Translations under genes and position numbers: made by a program
Notes under the pieces: generated by a model
What the model saw: only the letters and a program-made list of their open reading frames with translations
Told to the model about the DNA's origin: nothing
Databases searched by the model: none
Shown here: positions 19,509 to 29,652 of the stretch, one piece after another
Position numbering within the stretch: the stretch's first letter is position 1
How the letters are laid out: the number at the start of each line of letters is the position of its first letter
Origin: an uncultured Candidatus Saccharibacteria bacterium
GTDB taxonomy: Bacteria > Patescibacteriota > Minisyncoccia > Phycocordibacterales > UBA5272
Assembly (NCBI GenBank): GCA_964512315.1
Contig: CAZEIK010000001.1
Span: 20,408 to 84,407 of the forward strand
Direction of reading: 5' to 3'
DNA: 64,000 nt

Positions 19509-19598
19509 GCTTGACAGCTGGGATATCAATTTGTTAGTATATCCAGCATTCGTTCCTAAAATCAGTTCAGAAGTTGGTAGAGCTCATACTACTGCATC

Positions 19599-20129
19599 AT
19601 GCTAAAAAATATACAAAAATTCGGTGCCGTATTTGCCTTCGTTCCATTATTCGCAATACCAGCTACCGAACTAAATATTGCTCCTAATACAAGCCTTGTC
19701 GCTAACGACGTAGGCGCCAGTGTTGAGGAGATACGTGAGGAAAGGGCTGCTAAGATAGAGAAATATTTCTCGGATCGTAGTATGCCACTACAGGACAATG
19801 CTATGAAATTCGTTCTCGAGTCAGAGAAGTACGGACTAGACTGGAGACTGTTACCTGCGATCTCAGTACGTGAGTCGTCAGGTGGTAAGAATGCTTGTTA
19901 TAACAACCCATTCGGTTGGGGATCTTGTAAGATTAAATTCAGTAACTATGACGAAGCCATCGAGGCACTTGCGAAAAATCTTGGTGGTGCCAACAAGAAG
20001 ACAGCCTATTACTATGCAGGTAAGTCTGTAGAGGAAAAACTTTATTACTATAACGGTACTGTGGTTCCAACATATCCAAAAGAAGTGATGGCGATCATGG
20101 ACAAGTTAGATAAAGTTGAGTTAGATTAA
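19599..20129 (+). CDS. hypothetical secreted protein
   Basis: N-terminal signal-like segment; no confident domain. Confidence 0.4.
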   Translation: MLKNIQKFGAVFAFVPLFAIPATELNIAPNTSLVANDVGASVEEIREERAAKIEKYFSDRSMPLQDNAMKFVLESEKYGLDWRLLPAISVRESSGGKNACYNNPFGWGSCKIKFSNYDEAIEALAKNLGGANKKTAYYYAGKSVEEKLYYYNGTVVPTYPKEVMAIMDKLDKVELD

Positions 20130-20141
20130 AATGGAAATTAG

Positions 20142-20178
20142 AAAACGCGCGACCCTCAAGAGGGTCGCGCGTTTCGCG
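20142..20178. terminator. bidirectional terminator hairpin (ACGCGCGACCCT-loop-AGGGTCGCGCGT)
   Basis: 12 bp GC-rich inverted repeat between convergent genes. Confidence 0.65.
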
Positions 20179-20179
20179 T

Positions 20180-20428
20180 TCACTCGCCGTGCCACCGTTC
20201 ACCATCTTCATCATGAATGATGTTTTTCATTATCACCCAGAAGAAGTTGATTGCTTCGAGTGTCTGCTTTGCGGCCATCTTGTAGCCGTGGCAAGCGACA
20301 GCAATGTCGCGTTCGGCAGAGTTCTTGATGGCGAACTCTTTGTCCAAGTAGTGACACAGAAACACTCCTAAGTAAAAGACTAGAGCTACGGCTACAAGAA
20401 AGCAGCCAAACACTTCCATCATTTCCAT
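20180..20428 (-). CDS. small hypothetical membrane protein
   Basis: 82 aa ORF with one TM helix; weak. Confidence 0.3.
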   Translation of the reverse strand: MEMMEVFGCFLVAVALVFYLGVFLCHYLDKEFAIKNSAERDIAVACHGYKMAAKQTLEAINFFWVIMKNIIHDEDGERWHGE

Positions 20429-20467
20429 TTTGTACCTCCTGGATGCAATCTACAACTATATTTGAAT

Positions 20468-23400
20468 TTATGCAAGAGGCTTGATTTCGTCTAACACCAT
20501 TGTCTTGTCGCCGTTGCGACTTGCTGCTTTGCCTTTGATTATGACAGTTGTATCTTTTTTAATCTTGTCTTTGAATTTCTCATAACTTTCTGGGAATACC
20601 GCTATTTCAAAATTAGAAGAATAGTCACGCACTCCAACTAGAGCCATACGAGCACCTTTTTTTGTTTTGGTTATTTTGACACTTTCTATTAATACAGCGA
20701 GTGTGATCTCGGTGTTATCTTTGATCGCATCTTGTACTGTTCTTATGTCTATACCGCGAGCTTGTATGCGATCTTTCCAAGGATCAAGAGGGAATCCTGA
20801 TACATACAGTCCAAGCAATTCCTTTTCCCATTCTAGCTTTTGTAGGTGAGGTGTAGGTTCAGCCTTTTTTAATTTGAAGCTCGGAGCTTCGATAATGCCG
20901 AACAGTGAGTCCTGCCCACCGCTATCTTTTACTGTCTGCTTGTGATACTCGAGTATCTCGTCCATGTTGTGTATTATTTCGTTGCGCTCAGCGAATTGAT
21001 CGAGTGCTCCACACATAGCCAAAGCCTCAAGAGACTTCTTGTTTAGATTTTTGTGCTTAACGCGAGAGATGAAGTCTTCAAAAGTTTTGTAAGGGCCGTT
21101 GTCTAGTCTTTCTTTTATTATTGCGTCAGATATATCAACGCCAAGATTTTTAATTGTATAAAGTCCAAAGCGTATCTCTTCTTCATCTCTCTCATTTTTT
21201 ACAATTTCAAATCCGCCTAGCGAGTGATTAACATCAGGAGGCAGAACATTAATACCCATGCGTTTACATTCTGAGACAATTTCGGATATTTTATCTATGT
21301 CACCAGACTCATGTGTAAGTATGGCTGTCATGTAAGCGTAAGGGTAATTAGCCTTCATATAGCTGGTCTGATACGCCACACGACCGTAACTCGCTGCGTG
21401 GGCTTTGTTGAATCCATACGCCGCGAACGGCTCGATACGAGACCACAGCTCGTCAGATTTTGCTTTTGAGAGTCCGTGCTCGAGGAATCCTTTCATTAGC
21501 TTTTCTTTTTGCTCGGCCATTTCAGCTGGGATTTTCTTTCCCATAGCTTTACGTAACTTGTCAGCCTCAAGCCAAGAGTAACCTGCCAAGTGTATCGCGA
21601 TTAACATCACGTCATCTTGATATACGATTACACCGAATGATTGATCTAGTATTTGTTCGAGGCGAGGGTCTAGGAACTCTATTAACTCAGGATTGTGCTT
21701 ACGCTTGATATATTCCGGTATCATCTCGAGAGGCCCAGGGCGATACAGTGCCACCATAGCGTTAATATCGAATATAGTAGAAGGACGAAGCTCTTTTAAG
21801 AATCTTGTCATACCACTACCGTTAAGTTGGAATAGGCCTTCAGTCTCGCCACGAGCTAGCATGTCGAAAGTCTTCTTGTCGTCGAGTGGTATCTCTTCAA
21901 TGTCTATTACTTTATTATATTTTTTTTCTACTATTTCCAGAGCGGTCGCTAGTATTGAAAGGTTACGAATACCAAGGAAGTCGAATTTGAGTAATCCAGC
22001 ATCTTCAATAGTGTACATGTCGTATTGAGTGATTAGTTTGCCTTCACCTTTAGGGTCGTATTGTATAGGTGAGAACTCCCAAATCGGGGCAGGGGATATA
22101 ACAGTACCTGCCGCATGCACTGACACATGCCTCACACAACCTTCTACCTTTTTGGCCATATCTAGGATTATGGCTGCATCACGATCACCTTCATACATTT
22201 CTTTTAGCTCAGGCACTTCTTGTATTGCGCTATCAATAAAAACTGGGAAGCCTTGCTTGGGTGGTGGTATCATTCTTGATATTTTGTCACCAACAACATA
22301 AGGGAACTTCATGGCGCGCGCAACGTCACGTACTGCACCGCGTGCCATCATAGTACCAAATGTACCGATCTGGGCTACGTGGTCTGCACCGTATTTGCGT
22401 CTCGCATAGTCGAGAACGTCGTCACGGCGGTCGTCGGCATAGTCCATATCGATGTCCGGTGCCGAAGGGCGCTCAGGATTAAGGAATCTTTCAAAAGGTA
22501 ATTTGTATTCGAAGGGGTTACATTTTGTAATACGAAGTAGATATGTAACTAAGGATCCCGCCACTGATCCACGAATGTTAGTTAGGACTTTGTTCTCACG
22601 TGCGAAGCGTAACAGGTCATACACAACCAAGAAGTAAGGCGAGTAACCTTTGTCCTTGATTACTTTTAGTTCATAGTCTAATCTTTTTATAACTTCTTCA
22701 GTTGGCTCTAGCTTTCTGTCTGTTAGGCCTTTATAAGCAAGCTCGCGCAAGTCCTCGTCATAACTTTTATTGAATTCAATAGCGGGGAACACCCAGGCCC
22801 CTAGTGGTATTTCAAAATTAATCTCATCAGCAATCTTTACTGTGTTCTCTACGGCCTCAGGTACATCTTGGAACTTTTCTTTTATTTCGGCTTGTGACAA
22901 ATAAGAGAAGTCCGCAAGGGCAAAGTTAACTTTGTAGTATTCTGATGCATCTATGTCATTGTGAACACTTATAAGTGTTTTGTGTGCTGACTTATCACTT
23001 GGTGAGAGATAGTGAGTGTTAATGGTGGCTACCATCGGTATATTATTCTCCTTGGCAAAGTTAATTACATTGGCACGCATCTGGGCCCCATAATCCATAA
23101 ATGTGTGTGGCGTTACCTCCAAATATATATCTTCAAAATATTCTTTGTATGTGTCGTATATTGATCGAGCTTTTACTGTGTCATTTGTTTTTAATGCATC
23201 TGCAATCTCGCCCCAAGGGCCACCGTCTAACATTATGATGCCGCTCGATACGCCTGGCAGGTCTGACAATTCTAAATACGGCTCCTTGATATCTATACTT
23301 TTAAGATGAGCAACGGACACGAGACGCATCAAGTTCTTGTACCCATCTAATGTCTTAGCAAGCAAGACTACGGTGTACAGTCTCTCGGACTTTTTTATTT

Positions 23401-23602
23401 TTAATTCAGATCCGATTATTGGCTTTATATTCTTTTTCTTACACTCTTTGTAGAATTCAATCGCTCCATACATATTGTCATAATCAGTGAGAGCGAGTGC
23501 GGTGTATCCGTGAGATATTGTCTTCTTAACAAGGGCGTCAACTTTTGGTAGTGCGCGCAGTAAGGAATAGTGGGAGTGATTGCGTAGCGATACGAAGCTC
23601 AT
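20468..23602 (-). CDS. dnaE: DNA polymerase III alpha subunit
   Basis: N-terminal PHP domain, polymerase core, C-terminal OB fold; 1044 aa. Confidence 0.9.
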   Translation of the reverse strand: MSFVSLRNHSHYSLLRALPKVDALVKKTISHGYTALALTDYDNMYGAIEFYKECKKKNIKPIIGSELKIKKSERLYTVVLLAKTLDGYKNLMRLVSVAHLKSIDIKEPYLELSDLPGVSSGIIMLDGGPWGEIADALKTNDTVKARSIYDTYKEYFEDIYLEVTPHTFMDYGAQMRANVINFAKENNIPMVATINTHYLSPSDKSAHKTLISVHNDIDASEYYKVNFALADFSYLSQAEIKEKFQDVPEAVENTVKIADEINFEIPLGAWVFPAIEFNKSYDEDLRELAYKGLTDRKLEPTEEVIKRLDYELKVIKDKGYSPYFLVVYDLLRFARENKVLTNIRGSVAGSLVTYLLRITKCNPFEYKLPFERFLNPERPSAPDIDMDYADDRRDDVLDYARRKYGADHVAQIGTFGTMMARGAVRDVARAMKFPYVVGDKISRMIPPPKQGFPVFIDSAIQEVPELKEMYEGDRDAAIILDMAKKVEGCVRHVSVHAAGTVISPAPIWEFSPIQYDPKGEGKLITQYDMYTIEDAGLLKFDFLGIRNLSILATALEIVEKKYNKVIDIEEIPLDDKKTFDMLARGETEGLFQLNGSGMTRFLKELRPSTIFDINAMVALYRPGPLEMIPEYIKRKHNPELIEFLDPRLEQILDQSFGVIVYQDDVMLIAIHLAGYSWLEADKLRKAMGKKIPAEMAEQKEKLMKGFLEHGLSKAKSDELWSRIEPFAAYGFNKAHAASYGRVAYQTSYMKANYPYAYMTAILTHESGDIDKISEIVSECKRMGINVLPPDVNHSLGGFEIVKNERDEEEIRFGLYTIKNLGVDISDAIIKERLDNGPYKTFEDFISRVKHKNLNKKSLEALAMCGALDQFAERNEIIHNMDEILEYHKQTVKDSGGQDSLFGIIEAPSFKLKKAEPTPHLQKLEWEKELLGLYVSGFPLDPWKDRIQARGIDIRTVQDAIKDNTEITLAVLIESVKITKTKKGARMALVGVRDYSSNFEIAVFPESYEKFKDKIKKDTTVIIKGKAASRNGDKTMVLDEIKPLA

Positions 23603-23616
23603 GCTATGATTATACC

Positions 23617-24195
23617 ATGCTCGGAATAGATGAGGTTGGCAGGGGTCCGCTCGCAGGACCGGTTACAATTTGCCTATTTTACGCCCCCAAAAGTCTAGAC
23701 CTTTTAAGTCTTTTCGAAGACAGAAAGTTAAAAGATTCCAAAAAGTTGTCGAAGAAAAAGAGAGAAGAAATATACAGAAGCCTGCAAGAATTAAGACAGA
23801 AAAATAAAGTAGACTGGGTTGTTCTCAGCAGGTCAGCCAAAGATATAGATAAGTTTGGAATTAGCAAATGTATATATAAGAGCATACAAAAAGGGTTGAA
23901 TAACTTTCCTAATGTAAAGAAGAAGGATATTAAGTTAGATGGAGCTTTGCCAAAAGAGTTCGGTGAGATAATTATAAAAGGAGATGAGAAGGTGCCAGTT
24001 ATTGCTCTCGCTAGCATAGTCGCCAAGGTCACAAGGGATAGATATATGAAGTCTCTCGACAAGAAAGTGCCTGGTTATGGGTTCGCGCAACATGCAGGAT
24101 ATGGCTCGGCCGCGCATCGCGCGGCCGTCAGGTCCCTCGGCCCCAGCAAATACCACAGAATTACATATCTCGGCCGCACATTGCAAAAAAGCTAG
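23617..24195 (+). CDS. rnhB: ribonuclease HII
   Basis: GIDEVGRGPLAGPV active-site motif; internal start chosen to avoid overlap with dnaE. Confidence 0.8.
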   Translation: MLGIDEVGRGPLAGPVTICLFYAPKSLDLLSLFEDRKLKDSKKLSKKKREEIYRSLQELRQKNKVDWVVLSRSAKDIDKFGISKCIYKSIQKGLNNFPNVKKKDIKLDGALPKEFGEIIIKGDEKVPVIALASIVAKVTRDRYMKSLDKKVPGYGFAQHAGYGSAAHRAAVRSLGPSKYHRITYLGRTLQKS

Positions 24196-24212
24196 ATTTG
24201 TAGTATAATATT

Positions 24213-24401
24213 GTGACTATGGTAGTAAGAATGAGACACACAAGAGCACACACAGGCAATCGCCGTGCTCATCATGCATTGAAATCTTTGAATCTCGCAG
24301 CATGTCCTAATTGTAATGCGGTAATACGCCCACATCGTGTTTGCGACGCTTGTGGATTTTATAAAGGTAAACAAGTAATAACAGTTAAAAAAACCTCTTA
24401 A
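24213..24401 (+). CDS. rpmF: 50S ribosomal protein L32 (zinc-ribbon form)
   Basis: basic N-terminus, CPNC...CDAC zinc ribbon. Confidence 0.8.
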   Translation: MTMVVRMRHTRAHTGNRRAHHALKSLNLAACPNCNAVIRPHRVCDACGFYKGKQVITVKKTS

Positions 24402-24433
24402 CAAACTAATCAGTTCTTTCTAAACTAAATATT

Positions 24434-25315
24434 ATGAGTGCGAGACACACAGGAAGGGTAATAGCGATGCAGACAATGTATGAGCTGGACATTAACGAAA
24501 GCCTTGGAGTCTCTCATGCGGAGGCTAAGAATGTGTTGCGTCATAATATAGAAGAGTTTGGAAGTGCTTTGCGTGAGACTGAATTTGTAGAGAAGTTATT
24601 ATTGGATACATTATCGAGAATTACTACTCTCGATGAGATTATACAAAAGGCAGCTCCTGAGTGGCCAATGGATAAGATAAGCATAGTAGACAGAAATGTC
24701 TTACGTGTTGGTCTTTGTGAGTTACTTTTTGGAGATAGGGATCATGTTCCTCCAAAAGTAGCTATCGACGAGGCTATTGAGATTGCAAAGGAGTACGGTG
24801 GTGAGTCTAGCGGTAGATTTGTTAATGGTGTACTTGGCGCTGTGTACAAGGAGATGGGTGAGCCTGGCAAAAAGGAATCTTCTCAGAAGCCTATAACAGT
24901 CGAAGAGTTAGTTGGAGTGATAGTCACTAGCACTTATGGTGATAAGAAATATGTTGGTATGGTGCATGACATATTTGGACATTGGACTTTGTGCAAGTCA
25001 CACAAAGCAGAAGGCGAGTCTATAGATGAAGCTGTTGCTCGTGTTGTCAAAAAGGAGTTCGGCTTAAGTGGAGCAACTGTTGTCGAGAAGATAGGTCAGA
25101 ATGCCTATGTAGCTCATCATCCTGAGAAGGGTAAGGTGCGCAAGCAAGTTGAGTATTACTTGGCTAGGACTAATCACGAGGCTCCAAAAGTCGAAGACAG
25201 TAAAGGTCTAGACGATGCAAAGTGGTGGAGGTTGGACGAGGTAAGCATCTTGCCAGTGTATGAAGATATGAGGCCAATCATTTTAAAGGCAGTAGATATA
25301 GTAGCAAATGAATAG
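24434..25315 (+). CDS. nusB: NusB antitermination factor fused to a C-terminal Nudix-like domain
   Basis: NusB fold in first ~140 aa; C-terminal GESIDEAVARVVKKEFGL approximates the Nudix box. Confidence 0.65.
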   Translation: MSARHTGRVIAMQTMYELDINESLGVSHAEAKNVLRHNIEEFGSALRETEFVEKLLLDTLSRITTLDEIIQKAAPEWPMDKISIVDRNVLRVGLCELLFGDRDHVPPKVAIDEAIEIAKEYGGESSGRFVNGVLGAVYKEMGEPGKKESSQKPITVEELVGVIVTSTYGDKKYVGMVHDIFGHWTLCKSHKAEGESIDEAVARVVKKEFGLSGATVVEKIGQNAYVAHHPEKGKVRKQVEYYLARTNHEAPKVEDSKGLDDAKWWRLDEVSILPVYEDMRPIILKAVDIVANE

Positions 25316-26003
25316 TTTAGAAATAATTTTAAATAAAAATAATATAACTCCTAAAAAAATAGAGTTGTATGAGCAAGCTTTTGTACACAGGAGCTTTATC
25401 AACGAGAATCCAAAATTCAAATTAGGGCACAACGAAAGATTAGAATTCTTGGGTGACTCGGTCCTCGAGTTGATTGTGACTGACGCGTTGTATTTCAAAT
25501 ATCCGGACCATTCAGAAGGCGACCTTACTTCTTATCGTGCCGCATTAGTTAACACTACCTCGATCGGTGAGACGGCTTATAATTTGGGATTCAATGACTT
25601 ATTAAAATTATCCAAAGGCGAGCAGAAGGATACTGGCAAGGCGAGACTATCTATCTTGGCTGACACTTATGAGGCCTTTTTGGGAGCTCTTTATTTGGAT
25701 CTCGGATATGACAGATGCGTATCTTGGGTAAAGGAGACACTGCTAATCAACACAGACAATATTGTTCGTGGGGGATTGTTCAAAGACCCTAAGTCATTAG
25801 TTCAAGAGAAGGCTCAAGAGAAGTTACAAGTCACACCTAGTTATAAGACTATATCTGAGACAGGTCCTGATCATGATAAGTTGTTTGTGGTTGGTATATA
25901 TTTTGGTAATGACATGGTCTCGGATGGAAGCGGTAAAAGCAAACAAGAAGCCGAAGTCTCTGCTGCAAAAGCAGCTTTAGCTAAATACAAATGGACAAGT
26001 TAA
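25308..26003 (+). CDS. rnc: ribonuclease III
   Basis: ERLEFLGDSVLE catalytic signature, C-terminal dsRBD. Confidence 0.85.
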   Translation: MNSLEIILNKNNITPKKIELYEQAFVHRSFINENPKFKLGHNERLEFLGDSVLELIVTDALYFKYPDHSEGDLTSYRAALVNTTSIGETAYNLGFNDLLKLSKGEQKDTGKARLSILADTYEAFLGALYLDLGYDRCVSWVKETLLINTDNIVRGGLFKDPKSLVQEKAQEKLQVTPSYKTISETGPDHDKLFVVGIYFGNDMVSDGSGKSKQEAEVSAAKAALAKYKWTS

Positions 26004-26713
26004 GATTGGATGTTTTTCTTGTGGAGAGTGGTCTGTGCAAGTCCAGGACATCAGCCAAAGTTTTGATAGAAGATGGTAAGGTTTCGGTTAATAATTTGAT
26101 TGAGAATCAGCCTAGCAAAAAAGTTTCAAAAGAAGATAATGTGGTATTGCTCGAGCAGCAGAAGTTCGTATCTCGTGGAGGAGAGAAGTTAGAGGGGGCG
26201 TTAAACTTTTTTGGAATTAATCCAGAAGGGAAAACTGCAATTGATGTCGGCTCATCAACTGGAGGCTTTACCGATTGCTTGCTACAACATGGAGCAGTCC
26301 ATGTCACAGCTGTTGATGTTGGACGAGATCAATTTGACCAAACTCTTTTAAATAAAAACAAAGACAAAATAAGTCTTTTTGAAGGGATGGATATTAGAGA
26401 TTTTAATATGGGAACAAGTTATGACTTGTTAGTCTGTGACTTATCATTTATTTCTATTCGTAATGTAGTTGAAAGTTTTTATAAACTTTTAAAAGTTGGT
26501 GGCGTTGGAGTAATACTTGTGAAGCCACAATTTGAAGTTGGTAAAGGCAATACAAAAAAGGGTATAGTGCGCGAATTAGAATTGCGTGAGCAGGCTCTCG
26601 CTGATGTGGTATCAGAGTTAGAAAAGCACAACTTCAAAATACTCGGTACTTGTGACTCGCCAATACAAGGTGGTGATGGCAATCACGAGTATTTCGTCTG
26701 TATACAAAAGTAA
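25991..26713 (+). CDS. tlyA: TlyA-family rRNA 2'-O-methyltransferase (S4 + FtsJ-like)
   Basis: N-terminal S4 domain, SAM-binding VDVGSSTGGFT motif. Confidence 0.8.
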   Translation: MDKLRLDVFLVESGLCKSRTSAKVLIEDGKVSVNNLIENQPSKKVSKEDNVVLLEQQKFVSRGGEKLEGALNFFGINPEGKTAIDVGSSTGGFTDCLLQHGAVHVTAVDVGRDQFDQTLLNKNKDKISLFEGMDIRDFNMGTSYDLLVCDLSFISIRNVVESFYKLLKVGGVGVILVKPQFEVGKGNTKKGIVRELELREQALADVVSELEKHNFKILGTCDSPIQGGDGNHEYFVCIQK

Positions 26714-26715
26714 TA

Positions 26716-28203
26716 TTATTTAACCCCAGAGATTTTGCCTAGATCCAATGTCTTGTTGATGCCAACTTGGCGAACGAAGTCGTTAACGTGAGATACAAGT
26801 ATCAGAACTCCTTGATAATTCTTGAGTGCTTCAGCGATAACTGGTATGTGCAAGAAGTTAACGTGATTAGTTGGTTCATCAATTATAAGTATTCCTGGCT
26901 CATACATAGTTATATATGCCCACATCAGCAATGCCTTCTGTCCCTCAGACAGTGACCCGATTTTTGTCGCCAACTCCTTACCGCCAATTAGGAACCCTGC
27001 CGCAACCGAGCGCAGATGTTGATCGTCGAGACGCTTGAATATTTTTGCTAGCTCCTCATATGCTGTCTTGTTGAAGTCTAGAGTAGAGAAGTCTTGTCTG
27101 TAATAACCGATCTTGATGTCATCTTTTATTTTGATACCTTGTGCATTAGGCTTGCCTATAAGGTTGAAGAAAGTTGTCTTACCGATTCCATTAGGGCCAA
27201 CTATTTGTAGTTTGTCACCTTTGCGCAAGTCTATTTCAACATCAAAATCTTTCTTTTGTCCTTCGACTAATAACTCGATACTTCTAATCTCAACAATGTT
27301 ACCTGACAACTCGTCAGAATTTTTAATATTGAATTTCTTGATTACGCGATCGTCTTTTCTTTCGTCCACCTTACTATCCTCCATCTCTTCTATTTCGTCA
27401 CGCAGCTTACTAGCAAGCTTTCTCATCTTTCCTCCTTTTAGTGCGAAGTAGTTAACTTTGTCTTTGTTCTCTTGTATCTCTTTGGCTAGCTGAGCGTTAG
27501 CTTTTCTTTCGGCCTCTTTTTTGCGTTCTATTTCTTCTAATGCTTTGAAATAGTTACCAACATATTGCTCAATCTTTTTGAATTGAGTGTTCACATACAC
27601 GATACCGTGAGTAAAGTCATTTAGGAATTTCTCATCGTGAGAGATAACTAGGGCAGTGCCTTCATAATCTTTCATGAACTCGGTCAGGTCCTTGATTCCA
27701 TTTTTATCTAGGTTGTTAGTCGGCTCGTCCATAAGCACAATGTCAGGATTAGCAACCAATGACTTTGCGATTAGTAGGCGGCCTTTCTGGCCACCGGACA
27801 GGTCCTTAATATGTTTGTCGAGTGGTATATTCCATTTCAACTTTTCAAATATTTTTTTAGAGCGTGGCTCGATGTCATACACCTTCTCGCTAAATGCCTT
27901 TTGCATATACTCCAATCCTGTCATGTGCCACTCTTCGTGGGGTATGTATTGCTCAGCGATAGAAATGTTTAGCTTGTTCTCCTCGACCACACGACCTTCA
28001 ACTGGCTTCAGTGTCCCCAAGACCATTTTGAATATTGTAGACTTGCCTGCACCATTTGGTCCCATCAGTGTTAATTTTGCTCCACGACGCAGAACAAAAG
28101 ACGACTCCTCGAGCAACATTTTGTTCTCCTCATATCCAAAAGACACATCTTCGAATCGAAGTAATACTTCTCCATGCTCTGGTACTGCTTTTTCTACTGC
28201 CAT
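26716..28203 (-). CDS. ABC-F family ATPase (two NBDs, no TMD)
   Basis: two Walker A sites (GPNGAGKST, GPNGIGKTT), two LSGGQ signatures, linker between. Confidence 0.8.
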   Translation of the reverse strand: MAVEKAVPEHGEVLLRFEDVSFGYEENKMLLEESSFVLRRGAKLTLMGPNGAGKSTIFKMVLGTLKPVEGRVVEENKLNISIAEQYIPHEEWHMTGLEYMQKAFSEKVYDIEPRSKKIFEKLKWNIPLDKHIKDLSGGQKGRLLIAKSLVANPDIVLMDEPTNNLDKNGIKDLTEFMKDYEGTALVISHDEKFLNDFTHGIVYVNTQFKKIEQYVGNYFKALEEIERKKEAERKANAQLAKEIQENKDKVNYFALKGGKMRKLASKLRDEIEEMEDSKVDERKDDRVIKKFNIKNSDELSGNIVEIRSIELLVEGQKKDFDVEIDLRKGDKLQIVGPNGIGKTTFFNLIGKPNAQGIKIKDDIKIGYYRQDFSTLDFNKTAYEELAKIFKRLDDQHLRSVAAGFLIGGKELATKIGSLSEGQKALLMWAYITMYEPGILIIDEPTNHVNFLHIPVIAEALKNYQGVLILVSHVNDFVRQVGINKTLDLGKISGVK

Positions 28204-28307
28204 CTTTGTTTTGTCTTAAAATTTCTCGCAAATTATAACACATTTTTACTAATTTGAAAAGAAAAATAAAAACGCACATCAAATATGTGCGCCTCTACTT
28301 TTTCTAA

Positions 28308-28616
28308 CTATTCAGCCTTTTTGTCTATTTTGTTTAGTGGAGACTTCACAAAAACAAAATACACAACAGCGAGTACTGCACAGAAGTCTATAAGACTTGA
28401 GATGAATGCGCCGTACTTGAATGTGATGGTTGTAAGTGGGACAGTGTAGGCCATTTCGTTCAGGTTACCAGCTGAACCAGTTACGAATCCAATAACAGGG
28501 TTAAGTAAATTCTCTACAATGCTAGTAACAAACTTTGTCACAGCACCACCCATGATAATACCAACAGCGAGACCGAGTACACCTTTCTCGCGGATAAAAT
28601 GAATAAATTCTTTCAT
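28308..28616 (-). CDS. mscL: large-conductance mechanosensitive channel
   Basis: conserved N-terminal helix and GAVTKFV-like TM1 region, 102 aa. Confidence 0.8.
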   Translation of the reverse strand: MKEFIHFIREKGVLGLAVGIIMGGAVTKFVTSIVENLLNPVIGFVTGSAGNLNEMAYTVPLTTITFKYGAFISSLIDFCAVLAVVYFVFVKSPLNKIDKKAE

Positions 28617-28699
28617 GTTTTTAAATTATTTTAAACCCATACTATGCAATATTATGAGTGTTATCAGTATAGCAGATTTGTGATATAATGTTCGTCATC

Positions 28700-28789
28700 G
28701 GAAACGTGGCTGAGCTGGTCTAAGGCACCTCACTGCTAACGAGGCGACCCCTTAAAGGTCCGTGGGTTCGAATCCCACCGTTTCCGCCA
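28700..28789 (+). tRNA. tRNA-Ser (anticodon GCT), long variable arm, CCA encoded
   Basis: 90 nt; acceptor GGAAACG/CGTTTCC, T-arm GGTTCGAATCC, anticodon loop CTGCTAA. Confidence 0.85.
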
Positions 28790-28814
28790 AGAGAATTTAT
28801 CACCAGATATTTAT

Positions 28815-29234
28815 ATGAATAAAATAACAGTTAAAACGGTTGTTAATTGTGACCTAGAAAAAACTTGGGAATATTTTACTAATCCAATACATATTAATAA
28901 TTGGTGCCACGCTTCGTCTGACTGGGCTGCAAAAGATGCCGAGAATGACTTGCGTATTGGTGGCAGATTCAAAACTACAATGTATGCAATTGACGGTAGT
29001 GCAAGTTTTGACTTTGGTGGGGTGTATGATGGGGTGGATTTAAAAAAGTCTTATTCTTATACAATGGATGGAGATGACAAAAGACAGGTGTCAGTGATGT
29101 TTAGCTCTATTAATGAGGCAACAACTGAAGTCGTTGAAACTTTTGACCCAGAGAATATTAACAACGAAGAGAGGCAGCAACAAGGATGGCAGGCTATATT
29201 AGATAACTTTAAATCCTATACAGAGAGTAATTAA
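28815..29234 (+). CDS. SRPBCC/AHSA1-like small protein
   Basis: length and pattern typical of Aha1-domain proteins; weak. Confidence 0.45.
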   Translation: MNKITVKTVVNCDLEKTWEYFTNPIHINNWCHASSDWAAKDAENDLRIGGRFKTTMYAIDGSASFDFGGVYDGVDLKKSYSYTMDGDDKRQVSVMFSSINEATTEVVETFDPENINNEERQQQGWQAILDNFKSYTESN

Positions 29235-29249
29235 TATCTTTTTATTTAA

Positions 29250-29561
29250 TTAATTTTTAAGATCTGTGAAATTTTGTCCCCACTGCCAGCGTGGTGTTTC
29301 GCCTTTCCAGTAGCATATTATTATTAGAATAATCAGAGCAAAGAAAGTTTGTATGACAAATGGTCTTATGGTGTCACTGTTTGAATGTGACACAGAGTCT
29401 AGTCTGAGAAAATTCCAAAACTCGAAAACTACAAAAGCTAGAATTACTAGCCATCCTTGCCAAGAGACAGGTATCCATCCCCAGCCATAGAGTTTTCTTT
29501 TAAACCAGAGATTTTTAGGATTGTCATTAATATATTCCCAATATTGTTTCAACATATACAC
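29250..29561 (-). CDS. small hypothetical membrane protein
   Basis: 2 TM helices, Trp-rich. Confidence 0.35.
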   Translation of the reverse strand: MYMLKQYWEYINDNPKNLWFKRKLYGWGWIPVSWQGWLVILAFVVFEFWNFLRLDSVSHSNSDTIRPFVIQTFFALIILIIICYWKGETPRWQWGQNFTDLKN

Positions 29562-29652
29562 AAGTCTATTCCGTTTGTTATTAAATTACAATTAATATTT
29601 TACTTAATCACAGGTTGGTTGATGCGAGTGATGCTATAATCAAAATAGCATT

